Shown here one piece after another: positions 9,660 to 19,015 of a DNA stretch of 64,000 nt; position 1 is the stretch's first letter, and each line of letters starts with the position of its first letter. The notes below the pieces were generated by a model, which was not told the origin of the DNA, searched no databases, and saw nothing but the letters and a program-made list of their open reading frames with translations. Origin of the DNA: an uncultured delta proteobacterium (GTDB lineage: Bacteria; Desulfobacterota; BSN033; UBA1163); contig CAVPSJ010000014.1 in NCBI GenBank assembly GCA_963708295.1, positions 96,001-160,000 on the forward strand, given 5' to 3'. The translations under genes were made by a program, and so were the position numbers.

Positions 9660-10838
9660 TCATCCATTTGAGGCCAGATTTCGGCGGTTGCCGGTCTGAC
9701 GCTCGCCCATCCCTGCGCTCAACGGAATGATCAACAGCAATAGAGCACAACATACCACAGCGCTCCAGCCGCCTAGCCGATAAGCAAATCCTGTCCCTGT
9801 GATTCCAAGCCAGCCTCCCGTATAGTAGAACAGCACGTAGAGGGCGTTGGCACGGCCTTGTCCCCTGGAGAGCTTCCGGTTGAGAGCGCCCACGGCGGAT
9901 GCGTGAATCGTGAAGAAGCCTGTGCAGATCCCGAAGAGGCCCAACAGGACTGCAACCATGGAAGGGATGAGGATGAGGGCCAGAGAACCCGCCAAAATAA
10001 CAGCGCCCCCCAATAGCGTGTTACCGGTTCCGAAGCGATTGCTGATTCGGCCGGAGGTGGGTCCCATGAAGATACCGACGACATAGACGAGGTAGACAAG
10101 AGTCGTAAGCTCTGTGGAGAGACGGAAGGGCGGAGCGGTCAGTCTGAAGGGCAGGTAGTTGAAAATGGATGAAAAAATTGCAAAGCTGCCCGCCGCACAG
10201 AAATAAAGGCGCAGGGTTTCCCAGTGCCTCAGCAGTTCAATAAAGCGGATGGATTTTTCTCGCTGTCCGACGGCGGCTGGAGTGCGGGGCAGTCCCCGCA
10301 AAGCAAAGAATGTTGTAACGAGGATGAGGACGGAGGCCGATACAAGAGCATAGCGCCAGTGCAGCGGCGGGTGAATCCATCCGCCAAGGAACCGGCCTCC
10401 CATTCCACCCAGTACGGTTGCAGATATGTAAGAACCCATCACCACGCTCAGCCTCTCCGCCGGGAGTGTCTTTGCCAGATAGGCCGCGAGGCATGTCGTC
10501 AAAGCAGGAATGAAAAGACCCTGGACGAAACGGGCCCCGATGAAAAGCCAGAAATCCTTTGTCACCGCACAGACGAGGCCACCCAGAGCCACAAAGACAC
10601 CTCCGGCAAGAATGATGGGGTGGATCGGCAACCGGTCTGCCAGGAAGCCAAAGGGCAGATTGGACAAAGCCATCCCGAGGATGACCGCAGAGACGGTGAA
10701 AGAAACGAGCACCATGTCAACGGAGAACTCCTGCCGGAGCACCGGCAAGACGGGTTGGGTGATGTAGATGTTTGTGAAGGAGGCCGTGACCAGGGCAAAA
10801 ACGGTGAATTGGAGGCGGAGATACGAAGAGTCAGCCAT
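9660..10838 (-). CDS. MFS transporter (YnfM-like), copy 2, intact
   Basis: 392 aa, ~12 TM, GFLADR motif; paralog of 5786..6960. Confidence 0.9.
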   Translation of the reverse strand: MADSSYLRLQFTVFALVTASFTNIYITQPVLPVLRQEFSVDMVLVSFTVSAVILGMALSNLPFGFLADRLPIHPIILAGGVFVALGGLVCAVTKDFWLFIGARFVQGLFIPALTTCLAAYLAKTLPAERLSVVMGSYISATVLGGMGGRFLGGWIHPPLHWRYALVSASVLILVTTFFALRGLPRTPAAVGQREKSIRFIELLRHWETLRLYFCAAGSFAIFSSIFNYLPFRLTAPPFRLSTELTTLVYLVYVVGIFMGPTSGRISNRFGTGNTLLGGAVILAGSLALILIPSMVAVLLGLFGICTGFFTIHASAVGALNRKLSRGQGRANALYVLFYYTGGWLGITGTGFAYRLGGWSAVVCCALLLLIIPLSAGMGERQTGNRRNLASNG

Positions 10839-11184
10839 TCTTACTCACATCACAAAAATTCGGTACCGCACTAATGTTCGCTGATGCTTTACATTTTAAC
10901 TCCTTTTCTTCATTGGTGCACTTCGCTTCAAGGACGTCTATGCCGCACTCCTCCTGATCGGCTTTCCCCTACTTATCTTCAATAACCACTTAGTCTGGAA
11001 GTTGACGATTGCGAATAGAAATGTGCATGCTTCGAGGAATATTTTTTTAATAAGATTCTCTTACCATCAGTCCAATATAGCCGATATTCTCTTATATCTG
11101 GCCTGTATTTGCAGTGCATGTAGCAGTGGGACGGAGAGGGGGTTGGAGAATGATTCCACGGGTAGTGCCACTGATAATTTGGAG

Positions 11185-11315
11185 ATTTTTGAGAGGTGCC
11201 CTGGCATTTCGGGGAGGTCAGGGGGCCCACCTCATAGATCTTCTGAATCAGCTGAGCCCAGTTTTTCGTGTATTCTTAGGATGAGCCTTCGGGTCCCAGG
11301 ATGCAGGGTATCCAT
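11185..11315 (-). pseudogene. IS91-family (Y2) transposase C-terminal remnant
   Basis: Translates IPCILGPEGSS*EYTKNWAQLIQKIYEVGPLTSPKCQG, resembling the WARLIxKxYEVDPLxCPxC tail of IS91/ISCR-like transposases. Confidence 0.65.
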
Positions 11316-11546
11316 TCATCTTCATCTCGGAATTATGATTTCATGAACGTGCCCCGTCCAACACGACATCGCATTCAACTGAAAGGGAAAAAGTGAGAAG
11401 AAGTGCTTGACGGCGATGGGTTCATTGATGAAATATCGGGTAACCCAGGTCGCCTTGGTGCGACAGGTTGGGAGGAATGGATTGAGTTTGGTGATCACCT
11501 TGGATCAGAGCAGTCGGTCAAATTCCAAGGGAATGAACGGCCGCAA

Positions 11547-11684
11547 TCAACCCAATAGGGACCCAACGACTCCCGTAAGTTTAGCTATGGCTTTTGCAAA
11601 AGCTTTCCACCATTTATGGAATTCTTGGCCTTTGGACATCCATTCTTCTTCGTATTGGATCTCGTTTAAATTGATTAGGTCCAT
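11547..11684 (-). CDS. 45-aa small protein with acidic N-terminus and amphipathic basic C-terminus
   Basis: MDLINLNEIQYEEEWMSKGQEFHKWWKAFAKAIAKLTGVVGSLLG*; RBS aaaggag; sigma54 site upstream. Confidence 0.6.
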   Translation of the reverse strand: MDLINLNEIQYEEEWMSKGQEFHKWWKAFAKAIAKLTGVVGSLLG

Positions 11685-11763
11685 GATACTATGCTCCTTT
11701 CGTGCCTATGGCTGGAAGATTACTCTGTCTGTTCCATCTTATTCCGTCTAGGAATGGTTTAGA

Positions 11764-11780
11764 AGCAATAAATATGCCAA
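11764..11780 (-). promoter_or_regulatory. sigma54 (-24/-12) promoter
   Basis: TTGGCATATTTATTGCT matches TGGCAY-N5-TTGC. Confidence 0.65.
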
Positions 11781-12224
11781 ACACGACTATTGTTCAATGC
11801 TTGATATGTTGTATAAAGATTTTAACAGGTTATCTTCAGATACCCTCTCAGCGTGGATCCCTGAAGATATGAGAACTAACGGGTTTTGTCACCGATGATT
11901 GAAATGAATTATTAGCTATATTTTTGACCTTCTCTATGCTGAATGGTATTGGCCGGTCCGAGAACGATTTGCAACACCTGGGCAGGAAGAACTCCAGGAG
12001 GATTTCAACGAGGAACTTCAGGAATATCATTCCCGGAGGTCTCATCAGTCTTATCACGACATGGGAAATCATCATTTCGAGATTCAAACTCTAAATGCAT
12101 TGGAGGTGGTGTATACGGGTGAGCAAAGAGACTGCGGGGTTGGGCATGCTCTGCAAAAATATCTGGTTGCGAACTTTAAGAAGTTATCCTCATTTCCCGA
12201 AGAGTCCGTTGGACACTGAAGATT

Positions 12225-12360
12225 AAATCCCTCCTCCCTCCCCTTACAAGAGGGAGGAACTACCCCTCTTGGGTAGCTTTTTCCTGTCGTTAGACAGGCA
12301 AAGAGGAGTGAGGGGAGATTTCCTGAAACATATGTCTTCTCTATGATGGGCTCCTTAGTA
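12225..12360 (-). mobile_element. Short non-autonomous repeat, copy 2 (with ~25 bp extra hairpin)
   Basis: Reverse complement aligns to 4450-4556; extra tgtctaacgacaggaaaaagctaccc inserted after ctctttgcc. Confidence 0.65.
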
Positions 12361-12547
12361 AAACCTACGATGGCATTTAATGCAGAAAATGTAAGGCCCG
12401 AATGAGAGAGTCAGAAAGCCACGCCGATTTCAAGTTCATGATGAAGGTTGGATCGATGATGGATGAGGGAATGCTTCAGCAAAGAACACAAGTTTTTCAC
12501 TCAAGACTGACTTGCGAAGTTGGCCACTAGGGATAGACGGCGGATGC

Positions 12548-12573
12548 AGGCCCCGCCTTGCGGGCGGGGCCTG
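12548..12573 (-). terminator. GC-rich hairpin downstream of livK
   Basis: aggccccgcc-ttgcg-ggcggggcct-type inverted repeat about 10 bp after the stop codon. Confidence 0.5.
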
Positions 12574-12583
12574 GGAGATCTCG

Positions 12584-13786
12584 CTATCGGGCGGACCATG
12601 CAGGTTGAGGGAACATGGGTGAAGTTTGGGCGGCCTCTTTTGGGAAAACCGTCTTGATCGCCCCCTTTTGGATCTGGAAGGTGACGCTCTTTCCCGTCAC
12701 ATTTCTTCCGTTCGCATCAAATTGGGTCGCTCCCCAGAAGGTGGTTCCGTTATAGGATCGCATGGCTTCCCTGACTTTATCCATCTGGAGGCTCTTTGCT
12801 TTTTCGATCGCGAGCTGCAGCAAAAGACCCGCCTGGCTTGCAGCGGCAGCCTGATAGGTGAGGCCGGACCCGAATTTCTTGGCGTAGAGGGACGCATAAT
12901 TTTGGGTCGAGCCAAAGACCGGGCACTTGAAATTTGCCTCGGGCATCCACCACGAGACGCCATAGACATATTCCGCATCCTTCCCAAGGTTCTTGGTGAA
13001 GTCCTCCAGCTCCGGGCCCGTGGTGAAGACCACGGCCTTAAAGTCCACCTTCTGATCTTTCGACTGCCGGACGGCCAAGATCGCATCGTCCAGGTAGCCC
13101 GTGCCCATAAGGACATCTGGCTTGAGGGACTTGATCTTCAGGAGGAGCGAAGAAAGATCCTTGGCCCCCTTGGGGTACTTCTCGAAAAAAACCATGTCGA
13201 GCTTCAACTCTTTGGCGTAATTCTGCGCCCCTTCCGCGACATTGAGCGGGAAGAGATCTGTGGGGGAGATCATGGCCAGCTTCTTCGGAGCGGGGTTAAA
13301 GGTGCTGAGCATATCGAGAAAACTGCGCAGGATGGCGCTGGCTGGCGGGAGGATGGAAAAGACATTCTTGTATCCCCGGGTGTAAACCGAATCCGCATTG
13401 GCCGTACAGGCCATATTGATGATGTCGTACTTCTCGGCGATCGCCGAGGTGGCCAGCGTGATCCCGCTCGAATAGGGCCCGAGGAGAAACTGGACCTTGT
13501 CCTGTGTGATCAGCTTCTCGGTCAGCTTCGCGCTGACCTGGGGGTCGGATTGGTCGTCGTAGTAGATGACATCCACTTTGAATTTCTTCCCGGCGACGTC
13601 GATCCCTCCCTTGTCGTTGACATAGTCCTTCCACAACTCGTAGCCGTTCTTAACCATGTTTCCGAAGCGCGACTGGGCCCCCGTCAAAGAGACTGCTGCG
13701 CCGAACTTAATGACATCCTGGGCCATCGCAGCCGAGCTGATCAGAACCAGACCCAACACCAGTAACATTGCCCATTTCCTTTTCAT
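12584..13786 (-). CDS. livK: Branched-chain amino-acid-type ABC transporter substrate-binding protein
   Basis: Signal peptide; IKFGAAVSLTG, YYDDQSDP, FLLGPYSSG motifs. Confidence 0.85.
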   Translation of the reverse strand: MKRKWAMLLVLGLVLISSAAMAQDVIKFGAAVSLTGAQSRFGNMVKNGYELWKDYVNDKGGIDVAGKKFKVDVIYYDDQSDPQVSAKLTEKLITQDKVQFLLGPYSSGITLATSAIAEKYDIINMACTANADSVYTRGYKNVFSILPPASAILRSFLDMLSTFNPAPKKLAMISPTDLFPLNVAEGAQNYAKELKLDMVFFEKYPKGAKDLSSLLLKIKSLKPDVLMGTGYLDDAILAVRQSKDQKVDFKAVVFTTGPELEDFTKNLGKDAEYVYGVSWWMPEANFKCPVFGSTQNYASLYAKKFGSGLTYQAAAASQAGLLLQLAIEKAKSLQMDKVREAMRSYNGTTFWGATQFDANGRNVTGKSVTFQIQKGAIKTVFPKEAAQTSPMFPQPAWSAR

Positions 13787-13798
13787 GTTCTTCTCCTT

Positions 13799-14506
13799 TC
13801 ACAGGCCTAAGTAAGCCTTTTTGATCTCCGGATCGTTTTTCAGCAGTTCAGATTCATTTTCCAGAACAATCCTTCCGTTATCAATCACATATCCTCGTTT
13901 TGAAATTTGCAGGGCTGTCTGCACATCCTGATCGACAAGGAGGACGGTCAGCCTCTTCTCCTGATGAATCTTTGTCAGGGTTTGAATGAGGAGATCGACG
14001 ACCACGGGAGCGAGTCCCAGGGAGAGCTCATCGACGAGCAGGAGCTGGGGGTCCGCCATCAGGGCCCTGCCGATGGCGCACATCTGGCTCTCACCCCCGC
14101 TCAGGGTTCCTGCAAGCTGATCGCGTCGCTCCTCTAGAATGGAAAAGATGCTGTAGACCCACTCCTTATCTTTTTGGATAGCCTCCTTGTTGCTACGGGT
14201 GTAAGCGCCCATCATCAGGTTATCTTCCACCGTCATTCCCGCATAGAGCTGTCTTCCTTCAGGGATCATACTGATTCCGTTTCTCACCCTTCTGGTCTGC
14301 GGCTGATGGGTAATATCCTCTCCCTTATAAAGAATCCGGCCTCCCATGGGGAGGATGTTTCCTGCGATCGTACGCATGAGGGTGGTCTTGCCGACGCCGT
14401 TCGACCCGATGAGAGCAGTGATCTCCCCTGTTTTCGCCGTCAGATTTATCTCCCAGATGACCTGAACGACTCCGTAGCCTCCGTTCAGGTTGCTAATCTC
14501 CAGCAT
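13799..14506 (-). CDS. livF: ABC transporter ATP-binding protein (LivF)
   Basis: GSNGVGKTT, PEGR, LSGGE, LLVDE. Confidence 0.9.
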   Translation of the reverse strand: MLEISNLNGGYGVVQVIWEINLTAKTGEITALIGSNGVGKTTLMRTIAGNILPMGGRILYKGEDITHQPQTRRVRNGISMIPEGRQLYAGMTVEDNLMMGAYTRSNKEAIQKDKEWVYSIFSILEERRDQLAGTLSGGESQMCAIGRALMADPQLLLVDELSLGLAPVVVDLLIQTLTKIHQEKRLTVLLVDQDVQTALQISKRGYVIDNGRIVLENESELLKNDPEIKKAYLGL

Positions 14507-15263
14507 GGGAGACCTCCTCAAACCTCTTCGAGTACCTCTCCCCCAGGTAGGCAGCGATCACCTGCCGGTTTTCCGTGATCTCCTCGGGAGTGCCCTCGGC
14601 TATTTTCTGGCCGTGATGAAGGACAATGATCCTGTTCGAGATTCCCATGATGGCCTTCATCACGTGTTCGATGACCATGATCGTTGTTCCTCCCCGGTTC
14701 ACCTCCTGGATCACCGCCATGATATCCTCTATCTCACGGGGAGTCAATCCGGCCATCACTTCATCCAGGAGGAGGATCTCCGGATCCTGGGTCAAAGCGC
14801 GGGCCAGCTCGAGCCTTTTCCTTTCAGAGACGTTCAGCTTCTCTACGAGGACATTCTCTTTGCCCTTCAGGGCCACCTTCCGGATCGTCTCTCCGGCCTT
14901 TTCCATGGCCCTCGACATCTTCTTCTCAGGCTTCTTGCCGAAGAGGGCACCGATCGCGACATTTTCCAGGGCCGTCATCCCGGGAAAGGGCTTGACGATC
15001 TGGAAGGTTCTCGATATCCCGAGCTCGGCGATCCGAAAGGGCTTGAGACCGGTAATCTCTTTCTCTTTGAAAAAAATCTTTCCGTGGGTGATCGGAAGAG
15101 TCCCGTTGATTACGGAAAGAAGCGTCGTCTTGCCGGCGCCGTTGGGACCAATGATGCCCAGGATCTCGCCGCGGTGGAGCTCAAAATTGACGTCATCCAA
15201 AGCCCTCAGGGCACCGAAATACTTTGAGACGTTCGCTCCTGTCAGGATCGATTCCGGGGTCAT
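14493..15263 (-). CDS. livG: ABC transporter ATP-binding protein (LivG)
   Basis: GPNGAGKTT, RTFQ, LLDEVMAGL, IEH. Confidence 0.9.
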   Translation of the reverse strand: MTPESILTGANVSKYFGALRALDDVNFELHRGEILGIIGPNGAGKTTLLSVINGTLPITHGKIFFKEKEITGLKPFRIAELGISRTFQIVKPFPGMTALENVAIGALFGKKPEKKMSRAMEKAGETIRKVALKGKENVLVEKLNVSERKRLELARALTQDPEILLLDEVMAGLTPREIEDIMAVIQEVNRGGTTIMVIEHVMKAIMGISNRIIVLHHGQKIAEGTPEEITENRQVIAAYLGERYSKRFEEVSHAGD

Positions 15264-16231
15264 ACCTTCTCCTCACGGATGGTATCGAGGATCGTTTTGA
15301 GACGGAATCCCCTGCGGGCCATGTCGATCAGGCCGTTGGGGATGAAGAAGACGATCAGGATGACGATGATTCCGAGAATTCCCATGTGCAAGTTCAAAAA
15401 CCTGCTCCAGACGATCTCGGAGATTCCTTCGAAGATGAAGGCCCCGTAGAGGGGGCCCATGACCGTTCCCGCCCCTCCCAGAAGTAAGATGACAAAGAGC
15501 TTGACAACAATCATGACGTCGAACACCGTAGCGGGCTCGATAAACGTAAACCAGTAGGCATAGATCCCGCCGGCGATCGCCGTGAAAAGCCCACTGATCG
15601 CCCAGGCAATGATCTTATACAGGGTGGTGTTGATGCCCATGGTGTCCGCGGCCTCTTCGTTGGCCTTGATCGCCTTGAGCGCGTAGCCCAGCCGGTTCTT
15701 GGAAATGGTGTAGGTGGCGGCAAAGAAGATCAGGAGAAGGACAAACATGAGATAATAGAAGGATACGTTGACCTGCGCAGGTTTTCCTGCCATCTGTGGA
15801 AGTGTCAGCCCCATGGCTCCCCCACATAGGTCTGTGAGGTTGTCCATGATTTGGCGCACCGCTTCCGCTGCTCCCAGGGAAGCAAGAGCAAAGTAGTGTC
15901 CCTTGAGTCGAAGAAGGGGCATGCCGATCAGGATCGCCACGAGGATCCCTACTACGCCGGCGGCCATCATGGAAGGGAAAAAGGGAATCCCGGCCTTGAC
16001 CATCAGAATTCCAACCGTATATCCCCCCAGGCCGAAAAAGATCATATTCCCGAAGGAGGCATATCCTGTAAATCCTGCGATGATATTCAACCCCTGGGCC
16101 AGGATGGCATACAGGAAGATACCCGTCAGCAGCCGGATCCAGAACCCCGAGGCAATATAAGGAAAGAGGGCGCACGCCAGCAGGGCGATCAGGAGGATGA
16201 TTTTATATGCCTTACCCGGTAATTTGATCAT
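15260..16231 (-). CDS. livM: ABC transporter permease (LivM)
   Basis: NIIAGFTGYASFG, LRLKGHYFALASL, LGGAGT. Confidence 0.88.
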   Translation of the reverse strand: MIKLPGKAYKIILLIALLACALFPYIASGFWIRLLTGIFLYAILAQGLNIIAGFTGYASFGNMIFFGLGGYTVGILMVKAGIPFFPSMMAAGVVGILVAILIGMPLLRLKGHYFALASLGAAEAVRQIMDNLTDLCGGAMGLTLPQMAGKPAQVNVSFYYLMFVLLLIFFAATYTISKNRLGYALKAIKANEEAADTMGINTTLYKIIAWAISGLFTAIAGGIYAYWFTFIEPATVFDVMIVVKLFVILLLGGAGTVMGPLYGAFIFEGISEIVWSRFLNLHMGILGIIVILIVFFIPNGLIDMARRGFRLKTILDTIREEKV

Positions 16232-16261
16232 CTGTTGTAACCAGAATTCAGAAGAAACAAT

Positions 16262-16420
16262 AAAGTGCTGCCGTGCTGCGGTACGGCTGTTCTGCGGCAC
16301 CGCCAGGACTGCAACACTGCGGGACGCCTCTCTATCTCGATATTTTCTGCGTTCTGTTTACCGCCTACTGTCCACTGTTTACTACTTACGGATCACTGTG
16401 CTGATAACTGATTACTGACT
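16262..16420. repeat. Degenerate 7-8 nt tandem repeats between livH and livM
   Basis: gctgccgt/gctgcggt/tctgcggc/cactgcgg and ctgataa/ctgatta/ctgact runs. Confidence 0.5.
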
Positions 16421-16432
16421 CTAATCCTTCTC

Positions 16433-17293
16433 CTAATAGAACCGCTTCCCGATGATTCCCTGGGGCCTGAAGATCAGAACGATGACGAGCACGATAAATC
16501 CGAACGCCTCCTGGTATGCGGCAGAGAAGAAGAAACTACCGACCTGCTCAGCCAATCCCAGGGCCATTCCTCCGGCCAGAGAGCCCATGGTGCCTCCAAG
16601 ACCGCCGAGGATGGCTACCACGAAGGCCTTACCGACCAGAGGACCTCCGATAAATGGGTTAATGGTCATAATGGGCGAAATCAAGGCGCCTGCTGCTCCT
16701 CCCAGGGCGGCGCTGATTCCCATCGTCCGGGCATAGATTTCAGCGACATCGACCCCTACGGTTTTCGCTCCCTCCAGATTGAGAGCTGTTGCGCTGATTG
16801 CTTTACCCGTCTTTGTTTTCACCATCAGAAGATAAAAAAGAGAGGTAAGAATTAAGGCGACGATGAATATGGCACACCGGATGTAAGGAAGAACCAGGCC
16901 TCCTAATTCGATTCCCTCGCCCGAGTAACTCGGCGCCACCGATTTGAAATCGGCGGTCCAGATCAGAAGGGCCACGTTGGCAATTAATATCTGGAGTCCG
17001 AAGGTAAAAGTGAGTGTGATGAAGATGCTGGCTCGAATGATGTAGTTCAAAAGATACTTCTGCGAGGCATACCCGATAAAATAGAGGGCGATCATGGAAA
17101 CAGGAAGGGTCAAGAAAGGGTCGATCTTCAAATAAGTAAAGAGCGTGTAAGTGATGTAGGCGCCCAGCATAATGAAGGATCCGTGGGCCAGGTTAATAAT
17201 ATTCATCACCCCCCAGACAAGCGAGAATCCCATGCCGATGCAGACATAGACAGCGCCGAAAAGAATGCCGTTGAGGATCGCTTGGAGGATCAT
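16433..17293 (-). CDS. livH: ABC transporter permease (LivH)
   Basis: GFSLVWGVMNIINLAHG, AFVVAILGGLG, FRPQG. Confidence 0.9.
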   Translation of the reverse strand: MILQAILNGILFGAVYVCIGMGFSLVWGVMNIINLAHGSFIMLGAYITYTLFTYLKIDPFLTLPVSMIALYFIGYASQKYLLNYIIRASIFITLTFTFGLQILIANVALLIWTADFKSVAPSYSGEGIELGGLVLPYIRCAIFIVALILTSLFYLLMVKTKTGKAISATALNLEGAKTVGVDVAEIYARTMGISAALGGAAGALISPIMTINPFIGGPLVGKAFVVAILGGLGGTMGSLAGGMALGLAEQVGSFFFSAAYQEAFGFIVLVIVLIFRPQGIIGKRFY

Positions 17294-17411
17294 CTTCTTA
17301 AACTCTTATGTGTCGTGTCGGAGAAAAGCTGCAACGGGGTTGTCTTATCGTTCGACGACTTATATTCCCATCACACTTTCGCTCCGAGGGGCGTCATGTG
17401 TTTACTTTCAC

Positions 17412-17459
17412 ATGTCAGACACTACAGGCGTTTATATATTGTTATTGAATTCTTGTCAA
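17412..17459 (-). promoter_or_regulatory. sigma70 promoter of the liv operon with a possible GntR-type operator
   Basis: TTGACA-17bp-TATAAA on the minus strand, followed by TGTAGTGTCTGACA. Confidence 0.5.
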
Positions 17460-17584
17460 TTCTTCTTTTTTCCCCGTAGGTTGTCACTCTAAGAATAGAA
17501 GATCACGAAGGTTTTAGCCTGGGAAAAAGAAACGCGTTGGCATCAGGTGAATTTCCTATGTCAAATTGAAGTGCATCCGGGGCA

Positions 17585-18940
17585 TCAACCTTCGACAGGT
17601 TTGATCTTCGTCGGCAAGAACTTTCCCCCCCCGGGCTTCGCCTTCATCTCTCCATCTTCGATGAGGATCCTGCCTCTCTGCATGGTGAGAATAGGCATTC
17701 CCAAACACCTCCTGCCTTCATAGAGCGTATAGGGAGCCCTGGAATGCTGGGTCTGATGTTGAATCGTGTGAACCCGATTCGGATCGAAAAGAATCAGATC
17801 CGCATCCGATCCTTTTTGAATCACTCCCTTTTTTGGGTAGAAGCCGAAGATTTTGGCCGGATTCTCAGAAAAGAGCCGGGCCAATTTGCACACTTCAATC
17901 CTCCCGGTATTGACTCCTTCATCGTAGGTGATGGTCAACATCGTTTCTGCCTGGGGAGATCCATAAGCAGCCTCAAAGAAAGGATCGTCTATTTTCTTGA
18001 CCTTCGGAGCATGGTCACTCGCAATCGTATCGACCGTCCCTTTTTGGATCGCCTTCCAAAGGGTGAGACGGTCTGCTTCCGTTCGCAGAGGAGGACCAAT
18101 CTTCGCCAGGGGGCCTAACCGTAAAAGGGCTTCATTGGTCAAAGTGAGGTATTGGGGACAGGTTTCGACGTAGACCGTTCGTCCTTCTTCTTTCGCCCGT
18201 TCAAGGGGAGCCACGCCCTTAGCTGTGCTCAGGTGAACGATGTAGAGTGGACAACGGGTGATGGCTGAAATCGACAAGGCCCGAAAGATGGCCTCTGCTT
18301 CGAGAAGATCCGGCCTCGTTTTCAGAAAAACTTCTTTTTGGTCTTCCCCTTTCTTCAGGGATCGGTCTTCAAGATAATCCGTGGCCAGGCCGTTTTCTGC
18401 ATGGACCATCGCCAGCCCGCCGCACCCGGCAATCCGGTCCATCGCAGCCGTCAGGTGGTAGTCATCCGTCATCCATTTGAGCTTAGCGTAGGTCATAAAC
18501 ATCTTGAAGGAAGCGACTCCCAGATCAACCACCCTGGGAATTTCCTCAGTCTGAGAAGATGGATCGAACATGGCTCCATGGATTCCAAAGTCGAGAAAGG
18601 AGCTGTGAGAACCCTCTTCCAGGTACTTTTTAACCGTGTCCATCAGTTTCATCCCGGGCTTGGCATAGGCAAAATGGATGAGGGTGGTCGTTCCCCCATA
18701 GGCGGCGGCGAACGACAGGTCTTTCATATTGTCCTCGTAGACCGGATGGACATGTGCGTCGATCACCCCGGGCATCACATATTTTCCCGTAGCATCAATT
18801 ACCCGGCCCGCTTCCTGCGGGGGAATTTGGGGCTCAACGGCATGGATCTGTTCTCCTATAACCCCCACATCCGCCTTTCGGATTCCGGAACCTCCGACGA
18901 CAAGGCCCCCACTGATCAAGAGATCATATTTGTTTGTCAT
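17585..18940 (-). CDS. Cyclic amidohydrolase (dihydropyrimidinase/hydantoinase/allantoinase family)
   Basis: PGVIDAHVH, GGTTT, SFKMFM (carbamylated Lys), VHAEN, IVHLS, ETCPQYL, ASDHAP. Confidence 0.88.
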   Translation of the reverse strand: MTNKYDLLISGGLVVGGSGIRKADVGVIGEQIHAVEPQIPPQEAGRVIDATGKYVMPGVIDAHVHPVYEDNMKDLSFAAAYGGTTTLIHFAYAKPGMKLMDTVKKYLEEGSHSSFLDFGIHGAMFDPSSQTEEIPRVVDLGVASFKMFMTYAKLKWMTDDYHLTAAMDRIAGCGGLAMVHAENGLATDYLEDRSLKKGEDQKEVFLKTRPDLLEAEAIFRALSISAITRCPLYIVHLSTAKGVAPLERAKEEGRTVYVETCPQYLTLTNEALLRLGPLAKIGPPLRTEADRLTLWKAIQKGTVDTIASDHAPKVKKIDDPFFEAAYGSPQAETMLTITYDEGVNTGRIEVCKLARLFSENPAKIFGFYPKKGVIQKGSDADLILFDPNRVHTIQHQTQHSRAPYTLYEGRRCLGMPILTMQRGRILIEDGEMKAKPGGGKFLPTKIKPVEG

Positions 18941-19015
18941 GGTTTCCCCCGAGCTTAAATAGGATTGGAATTGAATTCTATCATAGATTGGAAAGGATTT
19001 GAACCGAAAGACATG

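Noticed and set aside
11900-12220. ~100-codon stop-free frame on + (IISYIFDLLYAEWYWPVRERF...)
   Set aside because: No start codon or RBS at its 5' end and no recognisable family; may be a gene fragment but cannot be supported.
12626-13765. 379-aa ORF on + opposite livK, and similar long antisense ORFs elsewhere
   Set aside because: Shadow ORFs from codon bias of the real genes on the other strand.
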